This document shows positions 1 through 8,161 of a stretch of DNA of 64,000 bases, in pieces. The notes below the pieces were generated by a model. The model was not told the DNA's origin. It did not search any database and saw only the letters and a list, made by a program, of their open reading frames with translations. Made by a program: the position numbers and the translations under genes. The stretch spans positions 4,064,001-4,128,000 of the forward strand of contig CAXXLZ010000002.1 in NCBI GenBank assembly GCA_963675595.2, read 5' to 3'. The DNA is from Thermodesulfobacteriota bacterium (GTDB lineage Bacteria > Desulfobacterota > Desulfarculia > JACQYL01). Every line of letters begins with the position of its first letter. The stretch's first letter is position 1.

Positions 1-338
1 ACAAGCACACGGATCCATGGGGCATCAAAGTATCCACTGTGGAAGTGAAGCACATCGATCTTCCCACGGAAATGCAACGAGCCATGGCTCGGCAGGCGGA
101 GGCGGAGAGGGATCGGCGAGCCAAAGTCATCTCTGCGGAGGCCGAGTTCCAGGCGTCCAAGAAACTCACGGAAGCGGCCGAGATTCTCGGCGCTCACCCC
201 ATGGCGCTTCAACTTCGCTATCTACAGACCCTGACTACCATTGCCGCGGAAAACAATTCCACCACGATCTTCCCCATCCCCATCGAACTTTTTGAACCTT
301 TCAGAAAAATGGTTGCACAGGGAAGCAAAAACGATTAA
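1..338 (+). CDS. SPFH/band-7 (stomatin-like) protein, 5' part outside window
   Basis: Frame open from window start: [21 protein letters not shown]...[18 protein letters not shown]...[10 protein letters not shown], a typical stomatin C-terminus. Confidence 0.9.
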   Translation, partial: KHTDPWGIKVSTVEVKHIDLPTEMQRAMARQAEAERDRRAKVISAEAEFQASKKLTEAAEILGAHPMALQLRYLQTLTTIAAENNSTTIFPIPIELFEPFRKMVAQGSKND

Positions 339-391
339 TTAAAGAACCCCGATTCAAAACCGAGATCGGCAATACTGAGGAGGACTTGCAA

Positions 392-709
392 GTGTCTGAT
401 AATTTGAGTGCTTTGGATAAGATGACCGTCAAGGATCTGCGAAATCTTGCACTTCAGGTGGGGAACATTCTCGGCGTCCACGCCATGAAGAAAGAAGAAC
501 TGCTGGAAGCCATCAAAGAGGCCAAGGGGATTACCGAGGACAGCACCGTGGACTCCATTCGGGCCGAGGCGAACCGACGCTTGAAGACAAAAATGGGCAC
601 GCTCAGGACCAAGAAAGAAGAAGCGCGGGAAGCGGGCGACAAGAAGACGGTGAAGACCCTTCAACGAAGAATCAACCGACTCAAGAAACGAACCCGCAAA
701 GCGGCCTGA
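392..709 (+). CDS. Small basic protein with Rho_N-like helical domain
   Basis: GAGGAGG SD at 377-383 before GTG 392; LDKMTVKDLRNLA...GVHAMKKEELLEAI resembles Rho_N; basic coiled-coil tail. Confidence 0.7.
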   Translation: MSDNLSALDKMTVKDLRNLALQVGNILGVHAMKKEELLEAIKEAKGITEDSTVDSIRAEANRRLKTKMGTLRTKKEEAREAGDKKTVKTLQRRINRLKKRTRKAA

Positions 710-716
710 CGGGCTG

Positions 717-1277
717 ATGAAGCTTTCTCGCGACGCGGCCGTCGAGCTGCTGAAGAAACATACCAGTCAGGAAAATCTCTATAAGCACGCCGTTGCGACC
801 GAAGCCGTCATGCGGGCTTTGGCGGGTCGAATGGGCGAAGAGCCCGACCATTGGGGCATCGTGGGGCTTCTCCACGATTTGGATTACGACCAGACTAAAG
901 ACTCGCCCGAGCGGCACACTCTGGTGGCCGAGCCCTGGCTCCGGGAGGCGGGCCTGAGTGAAGAGGACATTCGTACGATTCAGGCTCACAACGCGGAAGC
1001 TTTGAACCTGGAGCGGCGGACGCCTATTGAGTTGGCCCTCACGTGCGCCGAGACGATGACCGGCATGGTCATTGCCACGGCGCTGGTCTATCCGGACAAG
1101 CGAATCCGGAGCGTCAAGCCCAAGTCCGTGATCAAGCGGATGAAAGAGAGTCATTTCGCTCGGAGCGTCAATCGGGATCATATCCGGTTGTGCGAAAGCC
1201 TGGGTATGTCGCTGGAGGAATTCACCGTCCTCAGTATCGAGGCCATGAGCGGCGTGTCCGACGTTCTCGGCTTGTGA
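717..1277 (+). CDS. HDIG/HD-domain phosphohydrolase
   Basis: H...GLLHDLD motif, IQAHN, KSVIKRMKESHFARSVNR. Confidence 0.85.
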   Translation: MKLSRDAAVELLKKHTSQENLYKHAVATEAVMRALAGRMGEEPDHWGIVGLLHDLDYDQTKDSPERHTLVAEPWLREAGLSEEDIRTIQAHNAEALNLERRTPIELALTCAETMTGMVIATALVYPDKRIRSVKPKSVIKRMKESHFARSVNRDHIRLCESLGMSLEEFTVLSIEAMSGVSDVLGL

Positions 1278-1756
1278 AGCGCAACGGAACCTCTCTCTTT
1301 TCGGGCTCCCGGATGCCCCCGCCTCCGTAACACGAAGGAAATCTCGGCTCGTGTCGATTCCCATGGAGAGGCCTTCTTTCATGCCGAGCCGGAAAGGCCG
1401 GTCACACTTCATCAACTCACATCCTCCCGGGTTCCCGGGTCGTTCCGTCGGGTCCCACCGTACCCATCACCTTCGTAGACGGAAACGCAGAGGGGCCAAC
1501 CTCAGTTGTGAACTCCCCCATCCGCCCTTCGGCAAACCGTTTGTCCTTTGATCCGTTAATGCCATAGAATAATTAACAGGTTCGAACGGAATCGAGCATC
1601 TTCTCGAGTCCAACAAACGTGTTCGGCCGATCCATACCGATTCCGGGCCCGACGCCCCTTTGCGAAGGCGATGCCGATGAGGGCTCGGACTTGTGTGCGC
1701 ACGATGGAAGCGTGGAGATGGGCGGACGGCCTGTAACGGTTGAGGGGGAATGAAAC

Positions 1757-2260
1757 ATGGCCAAATGGACCCACGTGGGGACAATGCTGGTTTTGTTGTG
1801 CCTGTTCGGCGCCATGGGTTGCGCCCACGGCCTGAAGCAGGATGCCAAAGCCATGGTGGACTTTGAAGGGACTTCTCTCGAAGTGCAACAGTCGCCGGAC
1901 GAATTCATCGGCAGGGTGGTGGAATGGGGCGGGCGTATCATCGAGACGCGGGTCGAGGCCGACGCCACGGAGATCCTGGTGCTGCAATATCCCTTGGGAT
2001 ACGATGACCGGCCGTCGCCGTCGGACGAATACCGGGGGAGGTTCGTGATTCGGTCCGCCGAGTTTCTCGATCCCGCATTGTTGGAAAAGGAAAAACTTGT
2101 GAGCGTCGTGGGCGAATTGACCGAAGTCGTGCCGGCGCTGATCGGAGAAAAGAAGGTGCTTTACCCGGTGCTTCGGCCTTTGGACCTGAAAGTCTGGGAG
2201 CCCGTGAAGGACAACGAGCCGAGAATCCATTTCGGCATTGGAATAGGCACCTGGTTATAG
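1757..2260 (+). CDS. Slp family outer-membrane lipoprotein
   Basis: Lipobox AMGC; WGGRII, GRF...FLDP motifs; C-terminal IHFGIGIG. Confidence 0.85.
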   Translation: MAKWTHVGTMLVLLCLFGAMGCAHGLKQDAKAMVDFEGTSLEVQQSPDEFIGRVVEWGGRIIETRVEADATEILVLQYPLGYDDRPSPSDEYRGRFVIRSAEFLDPALLEKEKLVSVVGELTEVVPALIGEKKVLYPVLRPLDLKVWEPVKDNEPRIHFGIGIGTWL

Positions 2261-2269
2261 GAGGGGGCC

Positions 2270-2803
2270 ATGCAACGATTGGGCGCAATCTTCGCCGCGG
2301 CCGTTCTGCTGTTTGTTCTTGGAGTGGGCTGCTCGGCCGTTTCGAAGGAGCATCGCTTGGAGGCCGAACCGCGGATCCCGTTCAAGGAAACGGCGGCTCA
2401 TCCCGACCGTCATCGAGGGGATATGGTCATCCTGGGCGGGTACATACTCGAAGTGCGGAACGAGCAAGAGGCGACTTTTTTCGTGGTGCTCGAGACTCCC
2501 CTTGATTTCAACGACGAGCCCGGCGAGAAGGACCGATCCGAAGGCCGATTCGTGGTCGAGCATGAGGGGTTCCTCGACCCCGAAATCTATTCCAAAGACC
2601 GCAAGATCACCGTGGCGGGGACGGTGAAAGGGACCGAAAGTGTCCATGTCGGGGAGAAATCCTTGACCGTGCCTTTGGTGGAAAGCCGCCAATTGATTCT
2701 ATGGCCGGTGCGGGAACCCAGAGATTATTACGGTTATCCCGATTATTATTTTCCATACTACTGGGGATATTACGGTTGGCCCTATCCCTACGGGTATTGG
2801 TAA
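2270..2803 (+). CDS. Slp family lipoprotein (tandem paralogue)
   Basis: Lipobox GVGC; LGGYIL, SEGRF...GFLDPEIY, ITVAG; Tyr/Pro/Gly-rich tail. Confidence 0.85.
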   Translation: MQRLGAIFAAAVLLFVLGVGCSAVSKEHRLEAEPRIPFKETAAHPDRHRGDMVILGGYILEVRNEQEATFFVVLETPLDFNDEPGEKDRSEGRFVVEHEGFLDPEIYSKDRKITVAGTVKGTESVHVGEKSLTVPLVESRQLILWPVREPRDYYGYPDYYFPYYWGYYGWPYPYGYW

Positions 2804-2811
2804 ACACGTCG

Positions 2812-4152
2812 TTATCGGCCGGCGGTCTTTTTCTTCCGAAGAACGACGTGCTCCAGAAGAAGCACGGAGACGATCCCCACGACCAGACCGTTTCCCACGA
2901 GCACGCGTAGTGAAAGGGGCAACAGTTGCAGGAAGTTCTCCGGCATGATGGAAGCCGCGGTTCCTAAAAGCAAGGGGACGCCCACCACGTAATAGTCCTT
3001 GGAGGAGACTTCGCGGCCTCCCTTGAATATGATGGACATGCCCACCATGACCTGGGAGCCCATGATGACGAAGAGAGCGGCGCCCACAACCGCCAGGGGG
3101 ATGGAAGCCAACAAGGCCGTGATCTTTCCCGAAAACGCCAACGCCGTGACGAGAAGTCCGCACGCGGTCAAGGGAAAGCGGCTTGCCACTCGCGTGGCGA
3201 ACACCACTCCGGGGCTTACGGCATAACTCACCGTGCCGAGTGAAGGCATGAAACCGGAAAGGATACCGCCGATTCCGGTGAAACCGATGCCCCGATCCAG
3301 TCTTTGTTCCAGGCTGTCGTCTCCCACCACTTCCGCTATGCTGTAGACGCTTCCCACCTCATTGGCGAGCACGGCGAGGTACGCGAAAAGGAACGTGATT
3401 ACGCTCACGGGGTGGAATTGGGGAGCGGGGCCGAGGAGGGGGGTCGGGAGGCTCAACCAGGGGTCGACGGCCAGTGACGTCGGGACTCGAAACTCTCCGA
3501 TGAGGCCCATGAGGCCGGTTCCCACCACGACGGTCCATAAAAAGGAATAGCTTTGATGGACGCCCTTTAAATAGGTTGAAAACAGGATCATGATGAGCAT
3601 CACCAGGATGGATACTCCCATGATCAGCGGCGACCCCGAAGGGTGTTCCGAAGTCTTCCCCAGCACCAGGGGAAGCAGGAACGGGATTAAGGACATGGGG
3701 ATCAAAGCGGTAATCACGCCCACGACGCGGTCGGTGAAAAGTCTCGCGACATGACGAAAGAGACGGGAAAAACCCAGCAGACCGAGCAGCAGACCCCCGC
3801 AAAGGAAGCCGCCGCCGATGGCGGCCGACCCTAAAGGGGCGAGCGTGATCAAGGTGAGCATGACCACGCTGGAGGGACCGTCGATAAGCGGATACCTGTG
3901 GCCCCACAACGTCTGAAACACCATGAGCACGCCTGAAACGAGGAGGATACGGCCCATGAAGGCCGATCGGGCGGCCGTATCGTAGTCCAGCACTCCGGCG
4001 ACCACTCCGGCGGAAACCGTGATGGTGGGCAGAAACAAGAGTGCCCATTGGCTCCCGTAAAGGAGCGTCTTAATGAGCGAGGGACGGTCGTCGACACGGA
4101 AAAGCAGGTCGTACCCGGAAGCCTTGGGAGGCGGAGTCGGAGAAACGGGCAT
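2812..4152 (-). CDS. NCS2 (xanthine/uracil/nucleobase:cation symporter) permease
   Basis: Multi-TM protein; Q...GHRYPL, signature-like SYAVSPGVVFATRVASR, IPLAVVGA. Confidence 0.85.
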   Translation of the reverse strand: MPVSPTPPPKASGYDLLFRVDDRPSLIKTLLYGSQWALLFLPTITVSAGVVAGVLDYDTAARSAFMGRILLVSGVLMVFQTLWGHRYPLIDGPSSVVMLTLITLAPLGSAAIGGGFLCGGLLLGLLGFSRLFRHVARLFTDRVVGVITALIPMSLIPFLLPLVLGKTSEHPSGSPLIMGVSILVMLIMILFSTYLKGVHQSYSFLWTVVVGTGLMGLIGEFRVPTSLAVDPWLSLPTPLLGPAPQFHPVSVITFLFAYLAVLANEVGSVYSIAEVVGDDSLEQRLDRGIGFTGIGGILSGFMPSLGTVSYAVSPGVVFATRVASRFPLTACGLLVTALAFSGKITALLASIPLAVVGAALFVIMGSQVMVGMSIIFKGGREVSSKDYYVVGVPLLLGTAASIMPENFLQLLPLSLRVLVGNGLVVGIVSVLLLEHVVLRKKKTAGR

Positions 4153-4586
4153 GAGAAAGCCGTCGCTTGTGAAAGAAAGTTGAGGTTGTCCCGATCTTTT
4201 CGGTGGAACGCATTTTACTTGAATCGCGGGGGGAACTCAACGAAGGATGACAGCTGCGCGGTACACGTGGGTTTCCCGAAGCGAAATTCAGCGTCTGGGG
4301 GCTTCCGGGTATCAACGAAGGGCCCCCGAGGTGGTCGTGGACTTCTCCACCGGCGGCCCCGCGATGCATGCCCTGTATTCGTCGAGGGAAATCCGGGCGC
4401 CGGCCTCCTTGAAAAGAGGAAGCCTTTAGGATAGGTAACAACCAGCCGTTGGTCGCGGCGGAATATTCCCCACACGGCGTATCCGCGTGACCTTCTTTCT
4501 TTCCACCGTACGGACGCCGTGTTGCGGGAAGGGAGGCTCTTCTTCTCGAATACGGATTTCCCAAGCACCCATGGATATCATAACCT

Positions 4587-5255
4587 ATGGATGTATCCGC
4601 ATTATCTTCGACGCTGCTTGTATGGATCGTTCGGCTGCCCGTGATCTTGTTCGCCATTACGATTCATGAATACGCTCACGGCCGTGTAGCGTATCATTTT
4701 GGAGATCCCACGGCCCACATGGTCGGCAGGTTGTCCTTCAATCCGTTATCGCATCTGGACCCCATGGGCGCCATTTGCTTCCTCCTGCTGGGCTTCGGCT
4801 GGGCCAAACCCGTACCCATCAATCCCAGGTACTTCAGAAATCCGCGGAGAGACGAAGTCTTGGTGTCTCTCGCGGGTCCCGCCTCGAACATCGTTGTGGC
4901 TCTTATCAGCGGTATGCTGCTCAAGATGCTTCCCCTCGACGGTCAGCAATTCCTCATGGTGTTCTCACAAATGGTGGTGTTGAACGTCGCGTTTGCCGTA
5001 TTCAACCTGCTTCCCATACCTCCTCTGGACGGCTCTCATGTGCTCGAAGGGCTGCTTCCGTACCGACAGGCCGTACGTTACAGGGAATTCGCCCGGTACG
5101 GCCCCATGATTCTGCTGGGAATCTTGTTGCTCGACGGTATCGCGCATGTGGGAATATTCAACGCGATCCTGAGCTACCCGGTAATCTACCTGTCTTATCA
5201 GTTTGGAGGAGCCAAGGTGATCGCCGGACTTCACCTTTTGAGTATGCTCAGGTAG
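4587..5255 (+). CDS. Site-2 protease family (peptidase M50)
   Basis: HEYAH zinc motif, AGPASN, FNLLPIPPLDG. Confidence 0.93.
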   Translation: MDVSALSSTLLVWIVRLPVILFAITIHEYAHGRVAYHFGDPTAHMVGRLSFNPLSHLDPMGAICFLLLGFGWAKPVPINPRYFRNPRRDEVLVSLAGPASNIVVALISGMLLKMLPLDGQQFLMVFSQMVVLNVAFAVFNLLPIPPLDGSHVLEGLLPYRQAVRYREFARYGPMILLGILLLDGIAHVGIFNAILSYPVIYLSYQFGGAKVIAGLHLLSMLR

Positions 5256-5329
5256 GAGTGGCACGGAATGGTGTAGCCGGACGAGCAACGGCGGAAAAAC
5301 GGGATTGCTGAAATGGGGGGATCGGGGGA

Positions 5330-5351
5330 GGGGATTCTTTCGGGAATCCCC
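5330..5351. terminator. GC hairpin between convergent M50 and MerR genes
   Basis: GGGGATTCT-TTCG-GGAATCCCC, UUCG loop; no clear U-tract. Confidence 0.4.
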
Positions 5352-5410
5352 CAGCCCCGGTGAGTTACGAGTCGTGGGTGAATACCGATCGCCGGTTCGG
5401 TTGCGCCGTA

Positions 5411-5911
5411 CTAGGATGCCGGGACGACCGGAAGTTTGATGAAACGGCTTTCCACGTTGTGTTCAAGCACGTAATCAGGATCGAAGTCCCGGTTCATGAA
5501 GACCGCACAACGTTCGCACGGACCCGGACACAGGGTTTCGACCTTTTCCCGAACCTTGTAGCAGGGCATATGGGGGTCGGAGAAAGCGGGACACGATTGT
5601 TTCACTTGGCACCCGAACACGTTCCAGCAAGGCGCCATGACCAAGAGATTTTTCAGCCCGGTCAGCGTAAAACCACGTTGGTGAATGAGGTCGTGAATTC
5701 GCTGCACCTGCAGGACTTCGAAATCCGTGTAGAGTCGGTTGTTGGTGTGAGGGTGACGCTGGGGTTTGATGAACCCCTCCTTTTCGTATTCCCGGATGCG
5801 CTTCTGTGAAAGGTTCACCTTTCGGCTCACGTCATTGATCAGGTACACGGGGCTTCTCCTTAGGATATTAATAGCTTGTGTGGAACTCGAGTGACGCGGA
5901 CGGCCCCTCAA
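5411..5911 (-). CDS. MerR-family regulator with Cys-rich C-terminal domain
   Basis: HTH VYLINDVSRKVNLSQKRIREYEKEGFIKPQR..NNRLYT; C-terminus CW-x4-C-x5-CPA...CY...LC-x3-C-x2-C; start codon uncertain. Confidence 0.85.
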   Translation of the reverse strand: MRGRPRHSSSTQAINILRRSPVYLINDVSRKVNLSQKRIREYEKEGFIKPQRHPHTNNRLYTDFEVLQVQRIHDLIHQRGFTLTGLKNLLVMAPCWNVFGCQVKQSCPAFSDPHMPCYKVREKVETLCPGPCERCAVFMNRDFDPDYVLEHNVESRFIKLPVVPAS

Positions 5912-5989
5912 CCGTTGGGGTGATTCCTCGAACGGGCGTACGGATTCCTTACAGCCAACCCGAATGAGGAGACATGCTCCCCCGGAAGC

Positions 5990-5998
5990 TGCTATAAT
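5990..5998 (+). promoter_or_regulatory. Extended -10 element (TGcTATAAT) pointing toward hflX
   Basis: TG at 5990-5991, TATAAT at 5993-5998; overlaps the divergent MerR-type promoter. Confidence 0.5.
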
Positions 5999-6004
5999 GG
6001 TGCT

Positions 6005-6035
6005 ATTCTATACCGTGGCGGGTATACATTGTCAA
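6005..6035 (-). promoter_or_regulatory. MerR-type promoter with 19-bp spacer and dyad operator
   Basis: Minus strand TTGACA (6035-6030), 19 nt, TAGAAT (6010-6005); dyad TATACC-N6-GGTATA at 6009-6026. Confidence 0.7.
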
Positions 6036-6039
6036 AGGT

Positions 6040-6081
6040 AAAAGAAAATCCCCCGGGAGTTTCATGGAAACTCCCGGGGGA
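6040..6081 (-). terminator. Intrinsic terminator (minus strand)
   Basis: Perfect 15-bp stem 6049-6063/6067-6081 followed on the minus strand by TTTTCTTTT. Confidence 0.65.
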
Positions 6082-6293
6082 ACATGAAGAAGGGGAGATA
6101 GGGATTAGCAGAGTTTTTCTCTCTCTGCTGATTAATAAGACCCTGAACCGAAGAAAGGGTTTAATCCATCTGAAAATTCCGATTTTTTTCGTGTCGATCG
6201 GCGGCGCGACGTCCAGGCCGGGACTTGGGCGCGGCGAGAGGCGCTTTCGAAAAGGTTCGGCGAGCATGGATGACATGACCAAAGGAGACTTCC

Positions 6294-7982
6294 ATAGGCA
6301 GAATCAGCGGCAACATTCGGGGCCTTAAACCCCAACAGGTCAAACGTCTCAATCGGTTGCACCAGCGGAGGATTCCTCCGCGGGAGATCGTTTCTCTACA
6401 AGCGGGAAGGGAAATCAGTCTCCTCTCTCACGAGACGGGCAGGCGGGTCGGCCTGCTCATCGATCGCGGGGGCACCGTGGAGTACGTCATTGTCGGCGAC
6501 GCCCATAATCTCATGATCCCTCAATCGGAAAGGCTTCGAAGCGGACTCACCCGCCTCAAGGGGGTCAGGCTGGTCCACACCTTACGAAAAGGGGAGACGC
6601 TCGGCCCCGACGACTTTAACGATTTGGCTCTGCTTCGCCTGGATTTCGTAGCCGGCTTGGAGGTCGACGATCAAGGCGAACCTGCTCGACTCCAAGGGGT
6701 GCACCTCCTGCCTACCGGTCGTGACGGAGACAACCTGGCGCATCTGGGTCCGTTTCCTTTCGGCCGTTCAGTCCATGACATCGACTTCCCTGCGCTCATT
6801 GATTCGTTGGAGGAGGAATTCTCCAAAGCCCAGCGGGTCCTTCGTGTTCACGCCGGAAGAGAAAGAGCTCTCCTGGTGAGCGTGAGCTCTCTTCCCAAAA
6901 CGGAAGTCCAAGACCGCCTGGATGAGCTCGAGGAGCTGGCGGAATCTTGCGGATTGGAGCCGGCGGGGCGGGTGATTCAAACCCGGAGAAGCGGAGAACG
7001 CTCTCCGACCTTGCTGGGTAAGGGCAAACTCTCCGAGATCGTGATTCGGGCCCTGCAAACCGGGGCGGAACTCCTCGTGTTCGACCAGGACTTGAGTCCC
7101 TCACAAGCCAGAGCCCTATCCGGAACCACGGAACTGAAGATCATCGATCGCACGCAGCTTATTTTGGACATCTTTGCCCAGAGGGCGAGGAGCCGGGAAG
7201 GAAAGATTCAGGTGGAGTTGGCGCAGCTCAAGTACATGCTGCCTCACCTGGTGACCAAGAACACGGCCATGAGCCGCCTGACCGGAGGCATCGGAGGGCG
7301 CGGTCCCGGTGAAACCAAGCTGGAAATCAATCGACGCCGGGCACGGGAACGCATCACTTCGTTGCAGCGCGAGCTCGATCTGGTTCGAAAGCAACGCAAG
7401 ACTCAACGCAAGATGCGGCAAAGGAAGGACATGCCCACGGTGGCCATTATCGGGTACACCAACGCGGGAAAGTCTACGCTGTTGAACACGCTGACCAAGA
7501 GCGATATCTTTGTCCAAAATCGTTTATTCGCCACGCTGGATCCCACCAGCAGGCGGCTTAAATTCCCCAAAGACCGGGAGATCATCATCACGGATACCGT
7601 GGGGTTCATCCAGGACCTTCCTCGGGACCTCGTGGAGGCCTTTCGCGCCACGCTGGAACAACTGGAGGAGGCTCACCTGCTTCTGCACGTGGTCGACGTA
7701 TCCAATCCCCACTTCGAACAACATATCCAGGCGGTGAACAAGATACTGCACGATTTGGATCTGGACTTCATTCCGGTGCTCACGGTGTTCAACAAGGAGG
7801 ACCTGGCGCCTCCCGAGTTGGTGGCCGAGCGATGCTTCAAACACCATGCACTGAGCATCTCGGCGAAAGACGAGGCTACACTGGCTCCCCTGGTGGCGGA
7901 AATTGAACGACGCTTATGGCCCGACGAGGAGTCGATTCGGATGAGCCATAGCGGTGAAGGATTGGAAGCGCCGGTGGGGTAA
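6294..7982 (+). CDS. hflX: Ribosome-splitting GTPase HflX (long form), probable AUA start
   Basis: GIGGRGPGETKLE, G1 GYTNAGKS, LFATLD, G3 DTVG, G4 NKED; SD AAGGAG 6282-6287 then ATA 6294; in-frame TGA at 6276. Confidence 0.93.
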   Translation: MGRISGNIRGLKPQQVKRLNRLHQRRIPPREIVSLQAGREISLLSHETGRRVGLLIDRGGTVEYVIVGDAHNLMIPQSERLRSGLTRLKGVRLVHTLRKGETLGPDDFNDLALLRLDFVAGLEVDDQGEPARLQGVHLLPTGRDGDNLAHLGPFPFGRSVHDIDFPALIDSLEEEFSKAQRVLRVHAGRERALLVSVSSLPKTEVQDRLDELEELAESCGLEPAGRVIQTRRSGERSPTLLGKGKLSEIVIRALQTGAELLVFDQDLSPSQARALSGTTELKIIDRTQLILDIFAQRARSREGKIQVELAQLKYMLPHLVTKNTAMSRLTGGIGGRGPGETKLEINRRRARERITSLQRELDLVRKQRKTQRKMRQRKDMPTVAIIGYTNAGKSTLLNTLTKSDIFVQNRLFATLDPTSRRLKFPKDREIIITDTVGFIQDLPRDLVEAFRATLEQLEEAHLLLHVVDVSNPHFEQHIQAVNKILHDLDLDFIPVLTVFNKEDLAPPELVAERCFKHHALSISAKDEATLAPLVAEIERRLWPDEESIRMSHSGEGLEAPVG

Positions 7983-8161
7983 GGGCGCAAAAGCTCCTTT
8001 CAACGTGGTGAGGGAAGGCGTGGTTCGTTTGGACGCGCCTGATGTGGTTGTCGACTCACCGGTACCGACAGGGGGCTACCCACGATTCCGGGGGGGAAAA
8101 GCGGAACGCCCGGCTTAGAAAGCCTCTACAATAATGAAGGGGAACGGAAGGCAATGCAAGA

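Noticed and set aside
4153-4586. Purine/xanthine riboswitch or RNA gene before the NCS2 permease
   Set aside because: No recognisable aptamer or tRNA motif seen.
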